From: Ignavibacteriota bacterium
Lineage (GTDB): Bacteria > Bacteroidota > Ignavibacteria > UBA10030 > UBA6906
Direction: 5' to 3'
Assembly: GCA_963843525.1 (NCBI GenBank)
Contig: CAWJKM010000007.1
Span: 405,188 to 469,187 of the forward strand
Length of the DNA stretch: 64,000 nucleotides
Shown here: piece after piece, positions 9,147 to 18,818 of the stretch
Numbering within the stretch: position 1 is the stretch's first letter
Layout: every line of letters starts with the position of its first letter
The notes under the pieces: generated by a model
Seen by the model: only the letters and a program-made list of their open reading frames with translations
Databases searched by the model: none
What the model was told of the DNA's origin: nothing
Made by a program: the position numbers and the translations under genes

Positions 9147-10217
9147 ATGAAAAAAGAAGTCGTGGTGTTGCGGCAGAGAAGAGCCGCAGTGCAAAAGAAG
9201 AGCGTCTCACTCAGGATGCGTTCAACATCCGCCATGGCGCCTGCGCTTGTCGGGCAGCTCTCTACGAACTCGCCGATCCCGTTTGATATTGGCCTCGTTC
9301 AGTCCATCCGGGTCAACCGCAGCGCCGTGGAGGCGAGAGCAGCCGAACTTGGCACACGGCGGTCCTTCAAGGTTGAAGCACAGGTCGCAGCCTACCTTGC
9401 CGCAATTCGTTGCATGGATCTGACAACCCTTTCGGGTGACGATACACCCGGGAGGATCGCCCGTCTTTGTGCAAAAGCCCTCGCTCCCGTGGAACAAGAA
9501 ATCATTTCCGCACTGGGTGTGCGATTACAGAGTCCTCTCACCACCGGGGCGGTCTGCGTGTATCCCGCCCAGATAAGGTCGGCCGTGCTGTGCCTCAATG
9601 GCCGCATTCCTGTAGCCTCCGTGGCAACAGGATTTCCTTCCGGGCAGACCTTCCCGGACGTCAAACTTGTTGAGATTGAGCTGGCGATGAAAGCGGGGGC
9701 GACGGAGATCGATGTGGTGATCAGCAGGGAAAAAGTACTCACCGGGAAATGGAAATCGTTGTATGATGAGATCGTGGCCTATCGCCAGGTGTGCGGGCAG
9801 CGGGCCAGGCTCAAGACCATTCTTGGCATCGGGAATCTGGAAACCCTGACAAACATTGCTGCGGCAGCGTCCGTGGCAATTATGGCGGGCTCGGATATTA
9901 TCAAGACATCGACCGGGTTCGAACCGACGAATGCGACACTCCCCGGTGGACTGGTGATGGTGCGGCAGATACGGCGGTTTATGGATACCGGCGCGCTCAA
10001 CGGCCAGTATGTAGGGTTCAAACCCGCCGGCGGGATCCGCAGTGCAAAGGACGCGATGCTCTGGTTGATCCTCATGCTGGAAGAACTCGGTCAGGAATGG
10101 ACGAAGCCGGATCTCTTCCGCATCGGGGCGAGCGGACTCTTGACTGACATCGAACGACAGCTCCGCCATCTTGCGTTCGGCCGTTACGCAAATGCCCAGT
10201 ATCATCCGATGGCCTGA
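9147..10217 (+). CDS. deoC: Deoxyribose-phosphate aldolase, eukaryotic-type long DERA
   Basis: Near-collinear with animal DERA: IDLTTLSGDDT, AVCVYPA, IPVASVATGFPSGQT, GATEIDVVISREKVLTG, IKTSTGF (the Schiff-base Lys region), GFKPAGGIRSAKDA, LFRIGASGLLTDIERQ. The true start may be the internal ATG at 9216 or 9234. Confidence 0.85.
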   Translation: MKKEVVVLRQRRAAVQKKSVSLRMRSTSAMAPALVGQLSTNSPIPFDIGLVQSIRVNRSAVEARAAELGTRRSFKVEAQVAAYLAAIRCMDLTTLSGDDTPGRIARLCAKALAPVEQEIISALGVRLQSPLTTGAVCVYPAQIRSAVLCLNGRIPVASVATGFPSGQTFPDVKLVEIELAMKAGATEIDVVISREKVLTGKWKSLYDEIVAYRQVCGQRARLKTILGIGNLETLTNIAAAASVAIMAGSDIIKTSTGFEPTNATLPGGLVMVRQIRRFMDTGALNGQYVGFKPAGGIRSAKDAMLWLILMLEELGQEWTKPDLFRIGASGLLTDIERQLRHLAFGRYANAQYHPMA

Positions 10218-10244
10218 GAATCGCTACCCAAGAGAGAATTCATC

Positions 10245-12668
10245 ATGAACCAAGGTTCGCTGGCGTCTCTTCTCGAGAAGTTGGATTATGGTCCCGCACC
10301 GGAGTCGGAAGCGAAAACGCGGGAATGGATCAAGTCTCACCATGCTAAATTTTCGCACTGCATCGACGGTGAATGGCGACCTCCGCAACGGGGCAGGTAC
10401 TTCACGACCATCAATCCGGCCCGAAGCGACGAAGTGTTGGCCGAGGTCGCTCTGGGATCAGAAGAGGACGTCTCGGCAGCGCTCGAAGCTGCCAGAGCAG
10501 CGTTTCCGCGATGGAGTGCGCTCGCGGGTCATCAGCGTGCACGGTATCTGTATGCGATCGCGCGTTCAATAGCAAAACACGCGCGCGTCTTTGCGGTGCT
10601 TGAATCGCTCGATAATGGCAAACCGATCCGCGAAACGCGGGACATCGATATCCCGGTGGTGATACGGCATTTCTATTACCATGCAGGCTGGGCGCAGACA
10701 ATGGAACAGGAATTCCCGGGATATCGCCCGGGAGGGGTGATCGCCCAGATTGTTCCGTGGAATTTTCCCTTTCTGATGCTCGCCTGGAAGATCGCGCCCG
10801 CGATCGCGGCCGGGAACACCATCGTGATCAAGCCGTCAAAGTCCACGCCGCTGACCGCTCTTCTTCTTGCCGATATCCTCATGAATGAAGTTCACCTTCC
10901 CGCGGGGGTGGTGAACGTGCTCACGGGCGATTCGAAGACAGGTACGATGCTCTACGAGCACCCTATCCCATGGAAGGTCACGTTCACCGGATCGACGGAA
11001 GTCGGGCGAATCATCAGAGCGGGTACCGCCGGATCTCACAAACATCTCACGATGGAACTCGGCGGCAAATCACCTTTTATCGTTTTTGAAAATGCGGATA
11101 TCGACTCGGCCATCGAGGGCGTGGTGAACGGGATCTGGTTCAACGAGGGACAGGTCTGTTGTGCCGGTTCACGGCTCATTGTCCAGGAAGGCATCCATGA
11201 TGATTTTATCAAACGGCTGAAACGCCGGATGCGCAAGCTCCGTGTCGGGAACCCCCTGGACAAGGCCGTCGATATGGGTGCAATCAATAATGCGGAGCAA
11301 CTACAGAAAATCACACGGATGATGGCGCTGGGGACGCAGGAAGGCGCGGTCATGTGGCAGCCGGAGAACGTCGTTTGTCCACCCGGAGGTTTCTTCCTCC
11401 CGCCGACCTTGTTTACGAACGTCGAACCTTCCCACACGATCGCTCAGGAGGAAATCTTCGGGCCGGTGCTGGTGACATTGACCTTCCGGACTCCTTCCGA
11501 AGCGGTACAACTTGCCAACAATACGCGATACGGTCTGGCAGCATCCATCTGGTCCCAGGATATCGATACGGCAATGGATGTGGCGCGGAAGACAAAAGCG
11601 GGAACGATCTGGATCAACTCCACCAACCTGTTCGACGCGGCGTCAGGGTTTGGAGGGTACCGGGAAAGTGGCTATGGCAGGGAAGGGGGGCGGGAGGGGA
11701 TGTATGACGTGCTTGTCGACACTGATCCGGTGATATCTTCCGGTGAGCCCGGATCGGGGCCGACCACAAGCAGTGCAGAGGAGATCCCGGTTCATGCGGG
11801 GGCGAATGGAAACGGTCGGTCGCACAACGAAATTGATCGGACCTTCCGCTTCCTGATCGGGGGGAAACTTCAACGGCCGGACCAGGCCGGGAGTTTTACG
11901 GTGACCACTCCATCGGGCGATTTGCTGGCGGTGGTCGGGGAAGCGAACAGGAAAGACGTGCGCAACGCTGTGGAGGCTGCGCGATCGGCATTCCCTTCCT
12001 GGTTTGAGTCCGCCGCTCATCTCCGTGCACAAATCCTCTACTTCTGGGCGGAGAACCTGGCTGTGGAGAAAGAACGGTTTGCACTCGCGCTTGCCGCGCA
12101 GACCGGCTGCAACCAGGATGCAGCGCTGTCGGAGGTCGAACAATCGATCAGCAGGATTTTTGATTTCGCGGCCTATGCGGATAAGTTCGGCGGGACCGTC
12201 CAACCGGTCCTCGGCAGGAGATTGGTCGTTGGCCTGCGTGAACCTGTTGGGGTGATTGGTATCCGGGCGTCGGACTATTCCCCGCTCCTGAATCTGGTCA
12301 CCGTCATCTCTGCAGCGGTCGCGATGGCAAACACAGTGGCAGTCGTGGCAGGGAAACACTCTCTGACCGCGATGGACCTGGTCCAGGTGATCCAACACTC
12401 AGATGTTCCGCCAGGCGTCATGAACATTGTGACGGCTCAGAACCCGGACGCGATTGCCAGAATCCTTGCCGAACATGAGGACGTCGATGCGATCTGGTTC
12501 TTTGGAGGACCGGAGGGCAGTAGGGCCGTTGAAGCGGCCTCGATCAGCAACATGAAACAGACCTGGACATCGTACGGCAAGCAGATAGATTGGAGTCGTG
12601 TTCGCAACGAAAAACTGCTCTTGAAGTCCACACAGGTGAAAAACATCTGGGTGCCGTACGGAGTATAG
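10245..12668 (+). CDS. Aldehyde dehydrogenase family protein. A full catalytic ALDH domain is fused to a second, partial ALDH-like domain.
   Basis: ELGGKSP and FNEGQVCCAGSRL (catalytic Cys) motifs in the first about 480 aa. From about residue 530 there is a second ALDH N-terminal/NAD-binding-like region (AVEAARSAFPSWFE...) with no second catalytic Cys block. Confidence 0.8.
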   Translation: MNQGSLASLLEKLDYGPAPESEAKTREWIKSHHAKFSHCIDGEWRPPQRGRYFTTINPARSDEVLAEVALGSEEDVSAALEAARAAFPRWSALAGHQRARYLYAIARSIAKHARVFAVLESLDNGKPIRETRDIDIPVVIRHFYYHAGWAQTMEQEFPGYRPGGVIAQIVPWNFPFLMLAWKIAPAIAAGNTIVIKPSKSTPLTALLLADILMNEVHLPAGVVNVLTGDSKTGTMLYEHPIPWKVTFTGSTEVGRIIRAGTAGSHKHLTMELGGKSPFIVFENADIDSAIEGVVNGIWFNEGQVCCAGSRLIVQEGIHDDFIKRLKRRMRKLRVGNPLDKAVDMGAINNAEQLQKITRMMALGTQEGAVMWQPENVVCPPGGFFLPPTLFTNVEPSHTIAQEEIFGPVLVTLTFRTPSEAVQLANNTRYGLAASIWSQDIDTAMDVARKTKAGTIWINSTNLFDAASGFGGYRESGYGREGGREGMYDVLVDTDPVISSGEPGSGPTTSSAEEIPVHAGANGNGRSHNEIDRTFRFLIGGKLQRPDQAGSFTVTTPSGDLLAVVGEANRKDVRNAVEAARSAFPSWFESAAHLRAQILYFWAENLAVEKERFALALAAQTGCNQDAALSEVEQSISRIFDFAAYADKFGGTVQPVLGRRLVVGLREPVGVIGIRASDYSPLLNLVTVISAAVAMANTVAVVAGKHSLTAMDLVQVIQHSDVPPGVMNIVTAQNPDAIARILAEHEDVDAIWFFGGPEGSRAVEAASISNMKQTWTSYGKQIDWSRVRNEKLLLKSTQVKNIWVPYGV

Positions 12669-12698
12669 CCAAAATCTCACTGGTGGGAGGGGGTGTCT

Positions 12699-13226
12699 AT
12701 GACCTCGAGACCGGACAATTCGGAGTTTGCGTCATCATTCGCGGGCTACGTGGCGCTCGTCCCCGAGACCGATGTGCTTGCAGTTCTTCAGGATCAAATC
12801 ACGGTGGTCTTTCAACAGGCGGCTCAGGTCGCCGCCGATCGCGAGCGATATCGTTACGGCGTCGGGAAATGGAGTATCCGCGAAGTATTCGGTCACCTTG
12901 TAGATGCCGAACGGGTATTCGGATACCGGGCATTCTGCATTAGCCGGTGGGAATCAGTCTCGCTCCCCTCGTTCGAAGAGAATGATTACGTAAAGCGATC
13001 GCGGTATGACGAATGCCCCCTGAAAGATCTTGTCACGGAGCTCAAAATCGTCCGGGAAGGAAATCTGTCCTTCCTTCGCTTTCTGGACAACTCTGCGTGG
13101 GAACACATCGGGACCGCGAACAACCATCCTGTTTCCGTCCGTGCGCTCGCATACATTATGGCGGGACACGTGCGCCATCACTTCAAGGGTTTACACGATA
13201 ACTACGGAGTACCCGCGGCTCGTTAA
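12699..13226 (+). CDS. DinB/YfiT-like (DinB_2) metal-dependent hydrolase/thiol transferase family protein
   Basis: WSIREVFGHLVDAERVFGYR ... MAGHVRHH, the characteristic His triad spacing of the DinB_2 fold. RBS-like GGTGGGAGGGGG upstream. The frame is open from a GTG at 12693. Confidence 0.55.
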   Translation: MTSRPDNSEFASSFAGYVALVPETDVLAVLQDQITVVFQQAAQVAADRERYRYGVGKWSIREVFGHLVDAERVFGYRAFCISRWESVSLPSFEENDYVKRSRYDECPLKDLVTELKIVREGNLSFLRFLDNSAWEHIGTANNHPVSVRALAYIMAGHVRHHFKGLHDNYGVPAAR

Positions 13227-13552
13227 CGTCCTGTTATCACTCCCGCGGGACCATTGACCACGGAAACTTTTTCCTCTCTGTCTCCTTCCCGGCCGCCTTA
13301 CCAGCTGTCGGGGAATGTTATTGCCAACCTCCGCAAGAATTTCCGGCAGCTTTTAAAATTGACTTTGTGACGCCCTCGAAGTATATTCGCGCAGGTGAAT
13401 TGGGCTTCATTGTCCGGAAGACTCATTTGTTTTGTCCCGGCGAGCATGTTCGCCACATCCCATCCCTCTCTTCCGTAATCGCAGTCCGGCCAATCCGTTC
13501 CCTCATTTTCTCATCTGAGGGGACATGGCAGTCACTCCTCGGAGGGTCTCAA

Positions 13553-14638
13553 ATGTCTGCGCAATTTCTTCTTCTGCGTCCCTTAGGCTCCCTGCTGGGT
13601 CGGGCAGGCGCGTTGTTTCTCACCTTCTCTTTCTTCGTGCTGGCCCCAGACGTCGTGCAGGCCCAGGAAACCGATCGTCCGGGAGATGATACGACGGGGA
13701 TGGAGCCGCCCCTCTACGATCCTTTCGGGAAGGAAAACATGCCCGATCAGACCGGCCAGGGATCAGGAGGGGTGTTGACCTGCAGTCCTTATGACAATGT
13801 CGTGCAGACATACTTTACCAGTGTGAGTTCGGGATTCTATGGCCTGCAATACATGCTTGATTCCCCTTTGCAGATTGCTCTGGGTTCAGGCTGGTCTGCA
13901 TATCAGGACCATGGCTTCGGGTTTATGATGAAGGTGCGCTCGTCAGGGTTCCAGGAGGTACGGTACGATTCTTTGCTGGACGATGATGTGTCGTACTACT
14001 TTCTTTCGTTCGAAGGATCATTTGAATATCCGTACCGGGAACACGGATTCCGGTCCTTTAAGGTTCGTGTTCACGCGGAAACAGAGCCGGCCAGCCTGAG
14101 CATGGCGGGAGTGGGCGTCGTAGTCGCAAAACGGAATCTGCTGATAGGTGCCGACCAGCCGATGGACCGAAGACTGGAAGCAGAGGTGACTTGGATGCAG
14201 CTCGTGGGGGGTTATGTCATGCCCCTTTCTCCCAGCAAAGGAGGAATCAACCTGGCCCTCTGCGGTGCCGTCGACCTTGCGGGACTGAAGTATCAAACGT
14301 ACTATTCTGGTCTGGGCAACTTCGTCGGCGCTAAGATCGGCTCAGTCGGCTGGGTATTTGGTGCGGGCTGGAATGCGAACAGCCTGGTGAACCTGAGCGT
14401 CTATGTGGGCGGTGAGTGGAGTTTTTCCACGGGGGGTCTCTACCTGGCTACAAAACGAACAGTGTTTTCAGATATATCGCGAAGCTCCCTGTACGTGGGC
14501 TTGCAGGCCACCGGTCGCTGGGTCAACGTTGTCGGAGGAATACAGAAAGAATGGGAGAACAATGACTTTCAGGACTCGAGAGTTACAATGAAAGCTCTGC
14601 GCTACTATCTGGGGATGAATATCTACCTCCGGCGCTAA
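13553..14638 (+). CDS. Hypothetical secreted/outer-membrane protein
   Basis: Signal peptide MSAQFLLLRPLGSLLGRAGALFLTFSFFVLAPDVVQAQ after a GGAGGG RBS. Aromatic-rich beta-strand-like composition. The frame is open from 13367. Confidence 0.4.
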   Translation: MSAQFLLLRPLGSLLGRAGALFLTFSFFVLAPDVVQAQETDRPGDDTTGMEPPLYDPFGKENMPDQTGQGSGGVLTCSPYDNVVQTYFTSVSSGFYGLQYMLDSPLQIALGSGWSAYQDHGFGFMMKVRSSGFQEVRYDSLLDDDVSYYFLSFEGSFEYPYREHGFRSFKVRVHAETEPASLSMAGVGVVVAKRNLLIGADQPMDRRLEAEVTWMQLVGGYVMPLSPSKGGINLALCGAVDLAGLKYQTYYSGLGNFVGAKIGSVGWVFGAGWNANSLVNLSVYVGGEWSFSTGGLYLATKRTVFSDISRSSLYVGLQATGRWVNVVGGIQKEWENNDFQDSRVTMKALRYYLGMNIYLRR

Positions 14639-14651
14639 CGGGAGACTTGCC

Positions 14652-15965
14652 ATGCGGCTTCTGATCGTATGCAGTGCCCTTACTGCTTTTGCGGTCTCCT
14701 CCTGCAGAGACTTCAGTGGAGGAGGGACCTTTCCCGGGATTCCGGACGATGCCAAGCGTGTGTCGATGCGCCAACTGACCCGCTACTATCGGGAGCAATC
14801 GGACAGCCTCATCCTGCCCGTGAATCAGGGTTCAGGACGTCAAGCCCGCAGACTCTGGTTCAGAGTCGATCAATTCGACTCCACGAGAATCCTCGCGCCG
14901 ACCCGTTTTGGGCCAGACGAAATTCAGGACCTTTTCCGGTTTGATGCCGAGCGATTCTTCAGCCGTTCCGGCCAAGTCGACTTCCTCTCTGCCGCATATC
15001 AGTGGTATGCCGCTCGACCGTTTGATCATAAGTGGCAAAGGTTCGTCCCCCCGTACCGGACACTCGAATATTGGGGAAGTCTTTTCTACCCGCCGATCAA
15101 GCAATTGACTCAGCCGCTTTCGTTCTACCATGCAGGATTCACGGCCGAATTCGACCCGCGGGCGGTTTCTTCGGTGTATTTTGACCCGACATTCCAGATG
15201 AACCTGGATGACGCCACAGGGACCGAATTGACATACGGAAATTACGTCCGGGCACTTTTCAATGGCGTAGAGTCATACCCGGAGAAATTACGGCTTGCCT
15301 CCGAAGCCAAGAGATTCCTGTACGTCGCAGTCATGACGATCGTCGCCGATGAAACCGGCCGGGAGTTACTCCGGATCATGGTCAATCGAAAACGGGCGGG
15401 TGTGGACGTTCGCGTTATCACCGAAGGCTTCTACACGTTCTCCCTGTCCAACTTTGCGATGGGCGTGCTTGAAAAAGAAGGGATCCCCGTGGTTCGCGTG
15501 GAAGACAAGCGTCTCAACCAGGTCGACAGGATGTTCCACGACAAGTTCTGGATTCGAGACGGGGAAGAAGCGGTGCTGGGCGGGATGAACGTGATCGACT
15601 ATGAGAACACCGCTAACGGGTTCGATTTTCTGAACCGGGACACAGACATCCTTATCCGTGGACCAGCCGTAACGGATTTGCTGGAAAGGTTCATCAGTCT
15701 GTGGCACAGGTACGACCGGGATGGCCGGTCGATCGAACAAACCGAAGCGTACATGAAACGACAGCTTGCTTCCGAGCGCGCATCCGGAGTCCGCGGGCGA
15801 GAGAACTACGCCCGGTGGCTGGGGAATCCGGATACCCGAATGAACGGCATTTGCCGGACTGCTGTTCAGGGCGATGACGCGTCCTCGCAGAAGATTGCCA
15901 CCCTGCTGACCAGGTATCTCGAAGTGGCGCAGCATTCCTTCTACGTGACCAGCTCCGGGGATTGA
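14652..15965 (+). CDS. Phospholipase D superfamily lipoprotein, N-terminal part (first HKD motif). Interrupted by a frameshift.
   Basis: Lipobox LTAFAVSSC and HKD motif HDKFWIRDGEEAVLGGMNVID. The frame stops at 15963-15965 immediately after a GGGG run. Confidence 0.65.
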   Translation: MRLLIVCSALTAFAVSSCRDFSGGGTFPGIPDDAKRVSMRQLTRYYREQSDSLILPVNQGSGRQARRLWFRVDQFDSTRILAPTRFGPDEIQDLFRFDAERFFSRSGQVDFLSAAYQWYAARPFDHKWQRFVPPYRTLEYWGSLFYPPIKQLTQPLSFYHAGFTAEFDPRAVSSVYFDPTFQMNLDDATGTELTYGNYVRALFNGVESYPEKLRLASEAKRFLYVAVMTIVADETGRELLRIMVNRKRAGVDVRVITEGFYTFSLSNFAMGVLEKEGIPVVRVEDKRLNQVDRMFHDKFWIRDGEEAVLGGMNVIDYENTANGFDFLNRDTDILIRGPAVTDLLERFISLWHRYDRDGRSIEQTEAYMKRQLASERASGVRGRENYARWLGNPDTRMNGICRTAVQGDDASSQKIATLLTRYLEVAQHSFYVTSSGD

Positions 15966-16476
15966 GTATGAACCGAATCGCGGGGAACCAGCCTCCATCG
16001 ATACGCTTGCCCGCACGATGATTGAAAAGGCGTCGCTTCCAGGTTTCTCGGCGTCAGTCATTACGAACGGCAGCGACGGGGGGATGGGAGAAGCAACCTC
16101 GTTTCTCCGTTTGCGGGTGAAGAATGCCAGGCTGGCAAACGATCCATTCTGGATCGATATGTTGACGCCTCTTATCGATACAGGAAGCAGGGGAATAAAC
16201 AGGGGGAACAGACAAATTGCGAAACCCTTCATTGAAGCGGGTATCCACGTCTATCAATACTGCAATTACATACACGCGAAGGAGTTCTATTTTGACCGGC
16301 TGCTCGTGGGCATCGCCAGCTGGAATTTTGACAGTAACTCGGCGGACAAGAATCATGAAGCAGCGATCTTCTGCCTCGACACGAACCTTCGCACACAGAT
16401 CGAACGACAACTGGTTCTGGACATGATCAACTCGGTGCCGATTGTCGGTCCGATTGAAGATTTGTCTGTCCGTTAG
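15949..16476 (+). CDS. Phospholipase D superfamily, C-terminal part (second HKD motif), in the +1 frame relative to 14652-15965
   Basis: YIHAKEFYFDRLLVGIASWNFDSNS is the second HxKxxxxD motif. This frame is open back to 15949 and overlaps the end of the upstream frame. The track ORF is 16018-16476. Confidence 0.6.
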   Translation, partial: PAPGIEYEPNRGEPASIDTLARTMIEKASLPGFSASVITNGSDGGMGEATSFLRLRVKNARLANDPFWIDMLTPLIDTGSRGINRGNRQIAKPFIEAGIHVYQYCNYIHAKEFYFDRLLVGIASWNFDSNSADKNHEAAIFCLDTNLRTQIERQLVLDMINSVPIVGPIEDLSVR

Positions 16477-16548
16477 AGGATGAAGAAAGAGATGACTTCC
16501 GATCGGAATTCCGGGGTAGCCGCACCAGGCTTTGCCCCGGGGAATGGG

Positions 16549-17535
16549 TTACAACCGTTCATAGGCTTCGAGGATCCTGTCCATCATCCGGTGGGTTTCT
16601 TCACGAACGATGCACCGGGCCGGATCCTCTTCGAACCAATCCAGAGTCCGCCTGATCCCATTGGAGAACGGAATGACCGCGCTGAAATCCGGTACAAAGC
16701 GTTTGATCTTCTCGTTGCTGAACACGACGCTCACCGCCTTGTCGCCGAGCAATGAGCCGGACAGCGACGGTTCGCACCGGGCGAGGAAGTCAGAGGCGAT
16801 ATGGACGATGTTCGGCTCTTCGCCCGCAGCGTTCGCGACAGCGGTATAGATCTGATCCCACGTAAGAATCTCATCCGAAGTGATGTGAAAGGCCTGACCC
16901 ACTGCCTGTTGATGGCCCAGAAGCCCCACGAAACCTCCGGCAAAGTCCTCTGCGTGCGTAATGGTCCAGAGTGAACTCCCGTCCCCATGGACGATGATCT
17001 TCCGCTTTAGACGAATTCTGTCGATGATCGTGAATTCCTTCCAGCCCCCGATGGGGACGGGGATTACGGTGTCGTACGTCAGGGAGGGACGGACTATCGA
17101 GACCGGGAAGCCCTCGTCCCGGTAGGCACGGAGAAGCCGTTCCTCGCAGGCGATCTTCTGCCGTGAGTACTCCCAGAAGGGATTGCAGAGGGGTGTGGAT
17201 TCCGTAACGATCGGATGAGAAAGGGGTTTCTGATATGCAGATGCGGAGCTGATGAAGATGTACTGTGCGGTCCTGCCACGGAAAAGCTCAATGTCGCGCT
17301 CCACATCTCCCGGCTCGAATGCAATCCAGTTGACAACGGCATCCCACCGGCCGCCGGCAAGAGCGGCGAGGACTGCCGCCCGGTTCTTGATATCCGCAAC
17401 GATCGTTCTGGCTCCAGGAAAATGCGCCTCCGTGGTTCCCCGATTGATCAGTGTCAGATCGAAGCCGCGTTCAACGCAAAGCCGGCTGGCAGCTTTGCTG
17501 ATGTTCCCTGTTCCACCGATGAACAGTACCTTCAC
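16549..17535 (-). CDS. NAD-dependent epimerase/dehydratase (SDR family)
   Basis: N-terminal Rossmann motif MKVLFIGGTGNISKAASRL. Length and layout are typical of NAD(P)-binding sugar epimerases/reductases. Confidence 0.7.
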   Translation of the reverse strand: MKVLFIGGTGNISKAASRLCVERGFDLTLINRGTTEAHFPGARTIVADIKNRAAVLAALAGGRWDAVVNWIAFEPGDVERDIELFRGRTAQYIFISSASAYQKPLSHPIVTESTPLCNPFWEYSRQKIACEERLLRAYRDEGFPVSIVRPSLTYDTVIPVPIGGWKEFTIIDRIRLKRKIIVHGDGSSLWTITHAEDFAGGFVGLLGHQQAVGQAFHITSDEILTWDQIYTAVANAAGEEPNIVHIASDFLARCEPSLSGSLLGDKAVSVVFSNEKIKRFVPDFSAVIPFSNGIRRTLDWFEEDPARCIVREETHRMMDRILEAYERL

Positions 17536-17571
17536 TCGAATCTCCTTTCGCGAAAGAGAGGCGTGGGGGGG

Positions 17572-18504
17572 TCATACTTTGCCGACAGCATAACCTTTCG
17601 AAGAGAGATACTGGTAGCTCTGTCGAATGCCGTCGAAAATGTCTTTATCATATTCATCGAACTCCACAATCCACCACTCAGTGTTCCCGGCTCCCGCAGT
17701 GGCAATTGCTCCAAAATCCATCACCCCTTCTCCCGCCGGGACCTGGCGATTGGCGGCATCTCCTTTAACGGCTGGCCCGTCTTTGATATGGAGGAGAGGT
17801 GCACGCTTGCCGAAATCATGAACAATTTTCGCCGGGTCGCCCCCCGCGGTTTTCGCCCAGTACGTGTCAATTTCGAAGAAGATTGATGGTTCCACGTGTT
17901 TCAGGAGGTAATAGAACGGCCTGAATCCAGCCGTGTTTTCAAATTCCCACCAGTGGTTATGGAGCCCGAAGCGCAATCCGCGCGTCTTAAGGAAAGCCGC
18001 GGTTTCATTATAGATGCCGATCGTGTGCTTTATCGCATCGAGGCCCTTGTATTTTTCGCTTTCGGGCCATCCGGGGTATATCACCCTGTCGCACTCATAA
18101 GCATCCGCCTGCCGGAGAGCAGTTTCCCTCTTGTCTCCAACCGGCAGCTCAACATGCATCCCCAGGACTTGCAGGCCGACGCTCTTGAAGGTTTTCGCTG
18201 CATGATCAAGTGAGACGCTTTCCGGCAGGGCATACGTCTCGATCCCGGAGAACCCGGTCTTTGCAACCCGCCGGATTGTCGAGTCAAAGTCTGTTTCTAT
18301 CGCCTTGCGCACGGTATAGAGCTGTATGCCCAGTCGCGCCTTCCGCTTCACCGAGGCGTGCAGCATTGTTTCGGAAAGAGTTCCGGCAATCGCGCTGATC
18401 CCCAGAAGTCGCAAAAAGGATCGACGGGAAGAAGAAAGTGCACTCATGACAGGGTTTCCTTTGGTGTACGTGGTGCGATGGGCTGGTTTCTCACCAACTA
18501 TCAT
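17572..18504 (-). CDS. Sugar phosphate isomerase/epimerase (xylose-isomerase-like TIM barrel), Tat-exported
   Basis: Twin-arginine signal SSRRSFLRLLGISAIAG. AP-endonuclease-2/xylose-isomerase-like TIM barrel blocks (HNHWWEFE, HIKD). Confidence 0.65.
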   Translation of the reverse strand: MIVGEKPAHRTTYTKGNPVMSALSSSRRSFLRLLGISAIAGTLSETMLHASVKRKARLGIQLYTVRKAIETDFDSTIRRVAKTGFSGIETYALPESVSLDHAAKTFKSVGLQVLGMHVELPVGDKRETALRQADAYECDRVIYPGWPESEKYKGLDAIKHTIGIYNETAAFLKTRGLRFGLHNHWWEFENTAGFRPFYYLLKHVEPSIFFEIDTYWAKTAGGDPAKIVHDFGKRAPLLHIKDGPAVKGDAANRQVPAGEGVMDFGAIATAGAGNTEWWIVEFDEYDKDIFDGIRQSYQYLSSKGYAVGKV

Positions 18505-18818
18505 TTGATCGCCCCGGGAAAGAATTGTGTCGGACGTTCATTCTGCCGGCATGGTTTCCCACGGTGTTTGGTAGAATTCGCTGGCATGGGACGAATAGAC
18601 GACGGAACGGAACTCGCCAGGCTTCCATTTGCTTTCAGGAGACCAGGACGAGACCTTGGTTGTTCGCCTGTTCGATCCGGGGAGCGCGACTAAAATAGGT
18701 TGTATTTAGCGCAGTATCAAGACCTCTGGCGAGCCGGCCGCCAGGCCACCCGGTGTACTGGGTCTGCTTTTGCGGAAAGTGGAGTCGATGTCGAGGAATC
18801 GATGTCGTGAAGGGACTA

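Noticed and set aside
9525-12398. Minus-strand ORFs of 226 and 251 aa
   Set aside because: Antisense to the deoC and ALDH genes, which have strong family motifs.
15366-16232. 288-aa ORF on the minus strand
   Set aside because: Entirely antisense to the PLD gene halves, with no motifs. Such long antisense ORFs are expected by chance in GC-rich DNA.
16480-16755. 91-aa plus-strand ORF
   Set aside because: Overlaps the 3' end of the minus-strand epimerase gene. No motifs.
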